A DNA stretch of 17,478 nt from a candidate division WOR-3 bacterium (GTDB lineage Bacteria > Hydrothermota > Hydrothermia > JBDRYB01): NCBI GenBank assembly GCA_039803205.1, contig JBDRYB010000033.1:1-17478 (forward strand), written 5' to 3'. Within the stretch, counting starts at the first letter, position 1, and every line of letters begins with the position of its first letter. The translations under genes and the position numbers were made by a program. Shown in pieces: positions 7,983 through 15,159 of this stretch. The notes under the pieces are model-generated. The model did no database searches. It saw only the letters and a program-made list of their open reading frames with translations, and had not been told where the DNA came from.

Positions 7983-10397
7983 ATGAAAACCAAGGGAACA
8001 CTCCTCGTTGCTCTGGCAGCAGGAATTGCCTGGGCCTATGGCCCAAGCTACCAGACCGTTGAAGGCGTAGAGCGCGTCTTCTCCGCGACCACACCCGGGA
8101 TGAACGGCCTCATCATAAACATGATAAGGCTCAACATAACCCAGAACAACTTTGATACTACGGACTGGGCGGATAACGGCACATTGCTCACTGATTTCCG
8201 CGACGCTAGAGGCTACGGCGATCTGTGGTTCGGCCTCGGATACTCTGTCCCGTGGTTTGAGGTCGGCATCACGGGTGATGTCAAAGGAGATGCTTGGGAC
8301 AAACAAGGCGAAAGGGGCGGACATACGAGAGACGACTCCTACAACCGTTCCGCCGTGCCCGGCTGGGGAGACCTCGGCCTCGTCATAAAGGGCTGTTATC
8401 CCCTCGCCAACAAGCAGGTAGGAATAGGCGCTACATACGAGATGACATTCCCCACAGGAGACAAGGGCTTTGAGGTCATTGACACAACGGACACTTGGGG
8501 CATAAGGCAAAAGGGAGGATTCTGGCGCACATTCACATATGACGATCTCAGCTTTGGCGGAAGGTTCCTCCTGAGCTACATGCTCTGGCGCGAGGAATAC
8601 ATGCAGTCGCTCGGAGTTCACCTGAACCTCGGCTATAACACCAAGTCCATAGGAGACAAGACGGATGATGTTTTCGTTGGCGGCATAGCGACCATGTTCG
8701 CGCTGGGACTCTTCAAGCCGTTCATAGAGGTCTATACAGAGCAGTTCGTGAGGGACACGGCCAGCAGACACGGTGATGGCCCAACATACGGAGTCCTCGG
8801 CTTCAGGCTTGACTTCGGAAACGGCCTCGTCATGGATTTCGCGGGCGAGAAGATGTTCGGAGATAGGACAACGGGCAATCAAGACAATCTTGGCCCAAAT
8901 CCTGACTTCTGGCTTCCCAATTGGAAACCAACATGGGCGGGCTGGTTCGCTTTGAACTACACCTATGTTTTCACAAAGCCTGAGAAGAAGCCAGCGCCTG
9001 GAGCTATCGCCGTCGCGGTCATGGACGACGAGACAAAGAAACCCGTAGGAGATGCCACCGTCGGGGTTCCGGAGGCCGGAAAATCCCCAAGGCAGGTTGA
9101 TCCCGCGACCGGATTCATAAAGATTGACTCGGTTCCCGCTGGCCAATACACTGTCCAGGTCACAGCCCCAGGATACGAGGCCTATGCTGGGATCGCGATT
9201 GTTCAAGCGGGTGGATTGGCTCAGATGAATGTATTCCTCAAGAGGACAAAGCCAACCGAGTGCGTTGTTGTAGGCCGGGTCGTTGACGCGGAAACAGGAA
9301 CCCCGATAGGCAACGCTGTAATCACATTCCCCCAGACAACGGGCATGGGCGTTCTGAATGTTGAGGCCGCGGCCGGGAGCTTCAAGGCTGAGCGCGTTCC
9401 TCCAGGAACCCACACTGTTCAGGCCTCTGCTCCAGGCTATCAGCCTGGGTCCCAGATGATAACCCTGAAGGCTGGCGAGAGCTACACCGTTGAGTTCAGG
9501 CTCAACAAGGAGACACCGAATGTTGCTGTTGTCACTGGTCGTGTCTACAATGTAAAGGACAACACGAGCATAGCTAACGCATACATAACCATCACGGGCG
9601 GCACATCCCAGCCCAGCCCAGCGAGCTCCGGCTCAGACGGCATATACAGGATGGAGAACATAGCGCCCGGAACCTACACGATAAAGTGCACAGCGCCAGG
9701 ATACAAGGAGGTCTCCGAGGTCATAAACTTGGCAAAGGGCCAGGTTCTCATAAAGGACTTCCCGCTTACTCCGTCTGTAACCAAGGGGATGCTGGTCGTG
9801 CATGTCGTTGACAAGAAGACGGGTAACCCCCTACCGGCAAACCTGACATTCGTTGGCACAAACCTTCCGGTTGCGACAACCGATCCGTCAACAGGTGTCT
9901 GGCAGGGCGAGGTTCCCACAGGTGCATACACCGTGAACGCGGTTGTGACCGGAGGACTCACCGGTTATGTCCCGGCTGTCAAGACCGCTGTTGTGAACGA
10001 GGGCCAGGCCACCGAACTGAGGATTGAGATGGTCAAGAAGGGCATAACATTCACATTCAGGAACATCTACTTCAAGAAGGCATCCGCGGTCCTCCTCCCA
10101 ACAGCTGAACCAGCGCTGAACGAGATACTCGCCATCATGAACGAGAACCCCACGATAAAGATTGAGATCCAGGGCCACACATCCACCGAGGGAACGACGG
10201 AATACAACCAGAAGCTCTCCCAGGACAGGGCAAACTCCGTCCGGACTTGGCTTATTCAGCGAGGGGTTAGCGCGGACAGGCTCGTAGCGGTCGGCTATGG
10301 CGAGTCCCAGCCGGAGATCTACCCTGACAACACCGAGCCTGAGCGCGAGCAGAACCGCCGAGTGGTCATAAAGGTCATAGGAGAGATAGGCCAATAG
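7983..10397 (+). CDS. Outer-membrane protein: signal peptide, N-terminal beta-barrel, four carboxypeptidase-regulatory-like repeats, C-terminal OmpA-like peptidoglycan-binding domain
   Basis: MKTKGTLLVALAAGIAWA signal peptide; alternating aromatic strands to ~aa 330 ending NYTYVF; four ~85-aa repeats with V.D..T..P and P.G.YT...APGY; NIYF...IEIQGHT...YNQKLSQDRANSV...GYGESQP...NRRV. Confidence 0.88.
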   Translation: MKTKGTLLVALAAGIAWAYGPSYQTVEGVERVFSATTPGMNGLIINMIRLNITQNNFDTTDWADNGTLLTDFRDARGYGDLWFGLGYSVPWFEVGITGDVKGDAWDKQGERGGHTRDDSYNRSAVPGWGDLGLVIKGCYPLANKQVGIGATYEMTFPTGDKGFEVIDTTDTWGIRQKGGFWRTFTYDDLSFGGRFLLSYMLWREEYMQSLGVHLNLGYNTKSIGDKTDDVFVGGIATMFALGLFKPFIEVYTEQFVRDTASRHGDGPTYGVLGFRLDFGNGLVMDFAGEKMFGDRTTGNQDNLGPNPDFWLPNWKPTWAGWFALNYTYVFTKPEKKPAPGAIAVAVMDDETKKPVGDATVGVPEAGKSPRQVDPATGFIKIDSVPAGQYTVQVTAPGYEAYAGIAIVQAGGLAQMNVFLKRTKPTECVVVGRVVDAETGTPIGNAVITFPQTTGMGVLNVEAAAGSFKAERVPPGTHTVQASAPGYQPGSQMITLKAGESYTVEFRLNKETPNVAVVTGRVYNVKDNTSIANAYITITGGTSQPSPASSGSDGIYRMENIAPGTYTIKCTAPGYKEVSEVINLAKGQVLIKDFPLTPSVTKGMLVVHVVDKKTGNPLPANLTFVGTNLPVATTDPSTGVWQGEVPTGAYTVNAVVTGGLTGYVPAVKTAVVNEGQATELRIEMVKKGITFTFRNIYFKKASAVLLPTAEPALNEILAIMNENPTIKIEIQGHTSTEGTTEYNQKLSQDRANSVRTWLIQRGVSADRLVAVGYGESQPEIYPDNTEPEREQNRRVVIKVIGEIGQ

Positions 10398-10418
10398 AGA
10401 ATAACTGAGAGAATCCTT

Positions 10419-10448
10419 AGCCCCCGGCGCCCCAGTCGGGGGCTTTTT
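10419..10448 (+). terminator. Rho-independent terminator of the OmpA-domain gene
   Basis: AGCCCCCGGC / GTCGGGGGCT GC-rich stem followed by a T run, 21 nt after the stop codon. Confidence 0.85.
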
Positions 10449-10458
10449 GATCCTCATA

Positions 10459-10646
10459 GGAGACCAAGCCATTCAGCACCAAAACTGAGATACAGAAAGA
10501 AGCCCCAGAGATATTCAGGGTATAGACCCGCGAGCCTCAGCGACTATGGTGCCAACTCCCTGGGGCGCGATCTACTCTAAGTCCTTATGTATCAAGGACT
10601 TAGGAGAAAATTAGGTGTCAAAGTTGGGTTTAACATAGCGGTCTCC
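10459..10646. ncRNA. Candidate structured RNA (~188 nt, rod-like, 6S-like topology); unverified
   Basis: Nested pairings GGAGACC/GGTCTCC, GCACC/GGTGT, GCCCCAG/CTGGGGC, TATAG/CTATG plus a 10-bp side hairpin; lies in the only long non-coding gap. Confidence 0.3.
10577..10603. repeat. Perfect 10-bp inverted repeat with 7-nt spacer
   Basis: CTAAGTCCTT-ATGTATC-AAGGACTTAG read directly. Confidence 0.85.
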
Positions 10647-10701
10647 CACCCAGGGGGTATGCCGAGGGTCGCAAAACTCGCCCCCGAATGATCCGTGGCC
10701 T

Positions 10702-10713
10702 TATAATTTCTCC
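10702..10713 (+). promoter_or_regulatory. -10 box (TATAAT) directly upstream of ATG 10714; probable leaderless promoter
   Basis: TATAAT (10702-10707) TTCTCC ATG; no SD. Confidence 0.7.
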
Positions 10714-11274
10714 ATGCAGAATATGGTTGGTTTTTGGATGAGACCGGAAAACCTCCCTGGTTTTATAGGAGGGCTTCTGGTATCTCTCGCCATCATGGTC
10801 GGGCCTCTTTTCTCGGCCTATGAGTTTTCTGACACATCCTTCGCCATATCAGTTGTTCAGGGTGCTGATTGGAACTGCGTCTCTGACATGAAACGGGATG
10901 GGAGCGGACTTTTGGAGTTTTCCGGAAGGGGACTTGAGGTCGTGGTTTTTTACGGGTCAAGCCCGAAGCTGAGGACATCCGAGGGCGCTGTTCGGGCCTT
11001 TCTTGAGGAAGCTGGCAACCAAATAGACTCCCTGAAGGTCATCTCTGCTGACACGATCACCCTCTGGGGTATGGGTGCTTATCAAGCCACATACGCGGGA
11101 TTCGCTGAGGACACAAGCAGGGTTGGGCGGATATACAGCCTGGTTCAGGGTGAAAGGTTTGTGACCCTCATATTCGTAAAAAAGGGAGCAAAAACCCTCT
11201 CAGATAAGGATGAATACAGCATATCCGAGTTCATCAGGGGTATAGAGGTCAAAATAAAGAGAGATGGCGGATAG
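10714..11274 (+). CDS. Hypothetical exported or membrane-anchored protein, possibly PsbP/DcrB-like fold
   Basis: N-terminal hydrophobic helix (FIGGLLVSLAIMVGPLFSA); C-terminal pattern ITLWGMGAYQATY...RIYSLV...FVTLIF...helix...IEVK resembles PsbP/DcrB/Mog1 proteins; promoter motif upstream and 11-bp overlap with rnhA. Confidence 0.6.
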   Translation: MQNMVGFWMRPENLPGFIGGLLVSLAIMVGPLFSAYEFSDTSFAISVVQGADWNCVSDMKRDGSGLLEFSGRGLEVVVFYGSSPKLRTSEGAVRAFLEEAGNQIDSLKVISADTITLWGMGAYQATYAGFAEDTSRVGRIYSLVQGERFVTLIFVKKGAKTLSDKDEYSISEFIRGIEVKIKRDGG

Positions 11275-11680
11275 ATTGAGGGTCTACATTGACGGCAGTT
11301 CCTTGGGCAATCCCGGGCCAGCTGGCGCTGGGGTCCTGATAGAGAACGCCTCCGGGGAAACCGTGTGTAAATTATCGGTTCCCCTCGGAGACCTTACCAA
11401 CAACCAGGCTGAATACATGGCTTTAATTGAGGCTCTCAGGTGGCTTCTGAGAAATCGCCCTGAGGATGAAGCCGAGATAATAACCGATTCAAGGCTCCTG
11501 TGCGAGCAGATGCGCGGAGCATACAGGTTGAGGGATCCGGAAATAGCCAGGCTTGCCGAATCAGCAAGGGCCCTTTGTGCGAGGCTCAGGGTTAGCTTTA
11601 GGCTCGTTGAGAGGGAGCAAAACCGCAGATCCGACCTCCTCGCGAGGAGGGCGGCCAGAACCGCAAGGAAGGAGAAATGA
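11264..11680 (+). CDS. rnhA: Ribonuclease HI family protein (short type lacking the basic protrusion)
   Basis: YIDGSSLGNPGPAGAG, TNNQAEY.AL, TDS.L..Q..G.Y, REQN..SD.LA; four acidic catalytic residues present. Confidence 0.9.
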   Translation: MADRLRVYIDGSSLGNPGPAGAGVLIENASGETVCKLSVPLGDLTNNQAEYMALIEALRWLLRNRPEDEAEIITDSRLLCEQMRGAYRLRDPEIARLAESARALCARLRVSFRLVEREQNRRSDLLARRAARTARKEK

Positions 11681-11964
11681 AAAAGCAGGATAAGACCGAA
11701 ACGATAAGCGACACGGACCTTGTTTTGGACATGAGCAGGATATACAATGTCATACCAAACAAGTATGAGTTCATCATCGTCGTGAGCAAACTCGCTCACA
11801 TCATAGCCAGGAAAGCGATGGAGGAGGGCACATATCTGAAACGCAAGCCCTATCTCATAGCGGCTGAGGCGGTCCTGAAGAAAGAGGTTCCTTACGATAA
11901 GGGGGTTCCCAAACCGGTTGCGGAGGAGGGGCTGAAGCCTTCCAAGAGAAAAGGTAGGTCTTGA
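11677..11964 (+). CDS. rpoZ: DNA-directed RNA polymerase subunit omega
   Basis: NKYEFIIVVSKLA...KP..IA pattern, 95 aa, immediately upstream of coaBC (conserved rpoZ-coaBC synteny). Confidence 0.75.
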   Translation: MKKQDKTETISDTDLVLDMSRIYNVIPNKYEFIIVVSKLAHIIARKAMEEGTYLKRKPYLIAAEAVLKKEVPYDKGVPKPVAEEGLKPSKRKGRS

Positions 11965-13106
11965 GGGTTCTTTTCGGCGTCACGGGCTCAATAGCCGCTC
12001 ATCGGGGACTTGATGCGGCCAGGCTTCTCGTCAAATCAGGGCACGATCTGAGGTGCGTGCTAACCAAAGGGGCTTGTGAGTTCACGAGGCCCCTCATGTT
12101 CAGGTCATTGGTTGGCGAGACCTATACGGATGAGGATTTTTTCACCAGGACCCTGCACATAGAGCTCTCGGGGTGGGCGGAATGCGCTGTTGTGGCCCCT
12201 GCCACAGCGAACATTCTGGCGAAGGTTGCTCACGGTATTGCTGATGATCTCCTATCAGCCGCCCTTTTGGCGTTCGGCCCTCCCATCATATTTGCTCCGG
12301 CTATGCACGAATCCATGTGGTTATCGCCTGCGACCCAAAAGAACCTCAGGGTGCTCCTGGACATGGGCCATGTCGTCCTTGAGCCTGTTTCCGGAGAGCT
12401 CTCAGTTGGCCGAGGCACGGGGAGGATGCGCTCTCCCGAGGAAATAGCCAGCTATGTTGAGGAGTGGGCAGGCGTGGTTAATTCTCTCAGGGGAAAAAGG
12501 CTCCTCGTGGCATATGGGCCAACAGCTGAACCCCTTGATCCGGTTCGCGTCATAACAAACCTCTCATCCGGAAGGATGGGGGCCGAAATATGCAGAGCAG
12601 GGGCCGCGGCGGGGGCTTTCGTGACAGCGGTAAGGGGTCCGGGGGCCATCCTGGGGCCAGCTCACGATTCCTATGAGATAAAAACAGCGCAGGAGCTTTA
12701 CGATCTCCTATGCAGGATAGGGCCGGATCACCATGTTATAATCATGGCCTCGGCTGTGGCTGATTTCAGGCCTAAAAAGGTCTACGAGAGGAAGCTTCGC
12801 AGGAAAAAGGCCTTGAACCTGGCTCTTGAGCCGACCCCGGACATCCTCTCAGGCCTTCCGAGGCGAAAGGGCCAGGTATTCGTGGGTTTTTGCCTCGCAG
12901 AGGAGGAAGGGCTTATGGAGAATGCGAGAGCAAAGATGAAGGCCAAGCGCGCCGATCTCCTGGTTGCAAACGACCTCAGATCCATGGGGGCTGAGAGCGC
13001 TCATTTCATTATTGTTGACAAAAAAGCCCACCGCGACCTCGGTTTGATCTCAAAAACCCAGGCCGCTTTTGCCATCATCCGCGAGGTAGCCAGACTGATA
13101 AAATGA
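11961..13106 (+). CDS. coaBC: Bifunctional phosphopantothenoylcysteine decarboxylase / phosphopantothenate-cysteine ligase
   Basis: GVTGSIAA, HIEL, APATAN..AK.AHGIADDLL, PAMH..MW, GPT.E.LDPVR.ITN.SSG.MG, AVADFRP; TTG start overlapping the rpoZ stop. Confidence 0.95.
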   Translation: MRVLFGVTGSIAAHRGLDAARLLVKSGHDLRCVLTKGACEFTRPLMFRSLVGETYTDEDFFTRTLHIELSGWAECAVVAPATANILAKVAHGIADDLLSAALLAFGPPIIFAPAMHESMWLSPATQKNLRVLLDMGHVVLEPVSGELSVGRGTGRMRSPEEIASYVEEWAGVVNSLRGKRLLVAYGPTAEPLDPVRVITNLSSGRMGAEICRAGAAAGAFVTAVRGPGAILGPAHDSYEIKTAQELYDLLCRIGPDHHVIIMASAVADFRPKKVYERKLRRKKALNLALEPTPDILSGLPRRKGQVFVGFCLAEEEGLMENARAKMKAKRADLLVANDLRSMGAESAHFIIVDKKAHRDLGLISKTQAAFAIIREVARLIK

Positions 13107-13765
13107 AGGATAGAACGCTCTCCCTTTTCTATCTCAGGGAGTTCTTTGGGCTCCGCGAGATCCACCTCCCAGCTGCCAAGGACAGGACGAGACTCCTCAG
13201 TTTGCTGGCGGAGGCCGCGGAGGGTTGCGCGCGCTGCCCTCTGTCCAGCGAGAGAAAGAGGAGCGTTTTCGGCTCTGGAAACCCTTATGCTAGGCTTCTC
13301 CTGGTCGGTGAGGGGCCTGGGCGCGAGGAAGACAAAGCGGGTAAGCCTTTTGTCGGGAAAGCGGGGGAGCTTCTCACCAAGTTCCTCTCGGAGATAGGCA
13401 TAGACAGGGAGCGAGATGTCTATATTACCAATGTAGTGAAGTGTAGGCCCCCAGAAAACCGAGACCCTCTGGCCCCAGAGATATCCGCTTGTTTTCGCTT
13501 TCTCAAAGCGCAGATTGACATCGTGTCCCCTGACCTCATCCTCGCTCTCGGAAGGGTATCCTCAAGAACCCTTCTCGGCCTTCCGCTTGAAGAGAGGGCC
13601 TCAATGGAACCCCTGAGGGGCAAGATCCATCGCTCCATCCTTGGGCCTCCGCTTATCGTCACATATCATCCCGCATACATCGCGAGGAACGAAGCCAGAT
13701 CAGAGCTCGCGATCGCGGCCAGGAAGGATTTCGCTTTGGTCGCCTCAGTGATGGGGTGGAGATAG
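13103..13765 (+). CDS. udg: Uracil-DNA glycosylase, family 4 (Fe-S)
   Basis: CxxC (CARC), VGEGPG.EED..G.PFVG.AG, YITNVVKCRPP.NR.P, fourth Cys in ISAC, TYHPAY. Confidence 0.93.
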   Translation: MKDRTLSLFYLREFFGLREIHLPAAKDRTRLLSLLAEAAEGCARCPLSSERKRSVFGSGNPYARLLLVGEGPGREEDKAGKPFVGKAGELLTKFLSEIGIDRERDVYITNVVKCRPPENRDPLAPEISACFRFLKAQIDIVSPDLILALGRVSSRTLLGLPLEERASMEPLRGKIHRSILGPPLIVTYHPAYIARNEARSELAIAARKDFALVASVMGWR

Positions 13766-13771
13766 GCTGTT

Positions 13772-14164
13772 CTATTGGTTCAGTATCGTAGGGCTAAAAA
13801 ACCCCGAAAGATTAGCTATCAGCGGGTAATAAGCGAGAACCGGAAGCGTTGCCAAAAGCGCGGATATCCCCGTGGATTTAACGAACAGGTGGATGAGCCA
13901 GAACGAGAGGATGTAAATGGTTATCGGCACGATGAACATAACCCCCGACAGGAGGATTGCCTTTGCCTCCGGTATCTCAACCTCAACGACCTGGCCAGGT
14001 TTAGGTTCATCCCTGAACCTAGCCCAAACGAATCCCTCATTTCCCCTGGGGTTTATGCCGCAGAATAGCCTTGCCGAGCAGGATTTGCAGATGTCCGGAT
14101 TGTATGAGAGGATAACCTTTGCCTTCCCACCTCTTATCTCAGCGACTATCCCTTTTTCCCTCAT
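13772..14164 (-). CDS. rseC: SoxR-reducing system RseC/MucC family membrane protein
   Basis: MREKGIV..., C-x2-C-x5-C (CKSCSARLFC), G.VVEV, FIVP then two TM helices; coupled to apbE. Confidence 0.8.
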   Translation of the reverse strand: MREKGIVAEIRGGKAKVILSYNPDICKSCSARLFCGINPRGNEGFVWARFRDEPKPGQVVEVEIPEAKAILLSGVMFIVPITIYILSFWLIHLFVKSTGISALLATLPVLAYYPLIANLSGFFSPTILNQ

Positions 14165-15126
14165 CTGATCACCTCTTGAAACCCTTTTGTTGTAGCGGTG
14201 GCTATGGTATCACCATCCCTGTAGACGAACATTGCTTCAATTCCAAGCGAATCCGCGAGCTCAAGGCCCTTCTGTGGGCCGAGGACAAAAAGCCCAGTTG
14301 TTATTGCATCTGTGAACGCCGCACCCCTCTCGCTCAGAACCGTGACGGATAGGACCCCCTCGGCTGGCTCGCCCCTTCTTGGGTCCATAATGTGCGAATA
14401 CCTCATCCCGCCTATCTCAACGAACCTCTCGTAATCCCCTGATGTGCATATTGCAAGGGAGCGTTCCCGTATCCTCATCGTTCCCATTATCCCCCCAGGA
14501 TCAGCGGGGTCCCTTATCCCTATTAACCAAGGCTCTGCGCCCTTCTGGCCACAGCAGACCATGTCCCCCCCTATCTCAACAAGGAAATCCGAGCATCCCA
14601 TCCTCTGGAGTTTTGCTGAGGCTATATCAAGAGCGAGCCCTTTTGCGACCCCTCCGAGATCAAGGCTTTGACCCTTGCCGAGCACAACGCTGTCTCCAAT
14701 TATGCGGATCCTTTCCCACCCCACCAAGCCTTTTGCCCTTTCTACGGATTCCGGGTCCGGCATGTGGGGGCTGTCGGAATCAAATCCCCACGCGTGAATG
14801 AGAGGGCCCACCGTTGGATCAAAGGCACCATCCGTGATGGACGAAACCAGAATCGCTATTCTTATGCACGCCAATGTCAGCGAATCAACCCTCATACAGC
14901 CCCGCGCATTCAAGCGGGATAATTCCGATTCCGGCTTCCATATGCTCATGAGGGAATCCACCCTGAGCATCTCGCGGTATGCCGAGTCCGCTAGTGCCCT
15001 CTTTTCCCTTGGCACTATCACCCGCGCTGATGTCCCCATGACAGCGTAATCAACCGAGACGAATTCCGGAGGCCCAGAACAAGAGAAGAGGAGGATCAAG
15101 ACGCCTGTCCACCACGAGATCCTCAT
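14161..15126 (-). CDS. apbE: FAD:protein FMN transferase (lipoprotein)
   Basis: MGT, SELSRLN, TDGAFDPTVGPL...WGF, DLGGVAKG, GGD, TSGDYER, HIMDP; ATG 15126 gives MRISWWTGVLILLFS-C lipoprotein signal, preferred to TTG 15159. Confidence 0.93.
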   Translation of the reverse strand: MRISWWTGVLILLFSCSGPPEFVSVDYAVMGTSARVIVPREKRALADSAYREMLRVDSLMSIWKPESELSRLNARGCMRVDSLTLACIRIAILVSSITDGAFDPTVGPLIHAWGFDSDSPHMPDPESVERAKGLVGWERIRIIGDSVVLGKGQSLDLGGVAKGLALDIASAKLQRMGCSDFLVEIGGDMVCCGQKGAEPWLIGIRDPADPGGIMGTMRIRERSLAICTSGDYERFVEIGGMRYSHIMDPRRGEPAEGVLSVTVLSERGAAFTDAITTGLFVLGPQKGLELADSLGIEAMFVYRDGDTIATATTKGFQEVIR

Positions 15127-15159
15127 CCAGATTGAAGGTTTACAGCCTACAAATGGCAA

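Noticed and set aside
7977..9413. 478-aa antisense ORF (and the 194-aa ORF at 9888-10472) opposite the OmpA-domain gene
   Set aside because: Lies codon-aligned on the reverse strand of a convincing gene, has no recognisable motif, and is explained by codon bias leaving the antisense frame free of stops.
10592..10636. 14-codon minus-strand ORF (MLNPTLTPNFLLSP) with GGGAG upstream
   Set aside because: Too short, no downstream gene on that strand, no attenuator-like codon run.
10653..10685. GGGTCGCAAAAC resembling the c-di-GMP-I riboswitch junction, inside a GGGGG/CCCCC, CGAG/CTCG hairpin
   Set aside because: The upstream GGCAAA/GAAA-tetraloop stem and the downstream P2 are missing; only a generic hairpin is supported.
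15127..15159. N-terminal extension of apbE from TTG 15159
   Set aside because: ATG 15126 gives a normal-length lipoprotein signal ending in LFS-C.
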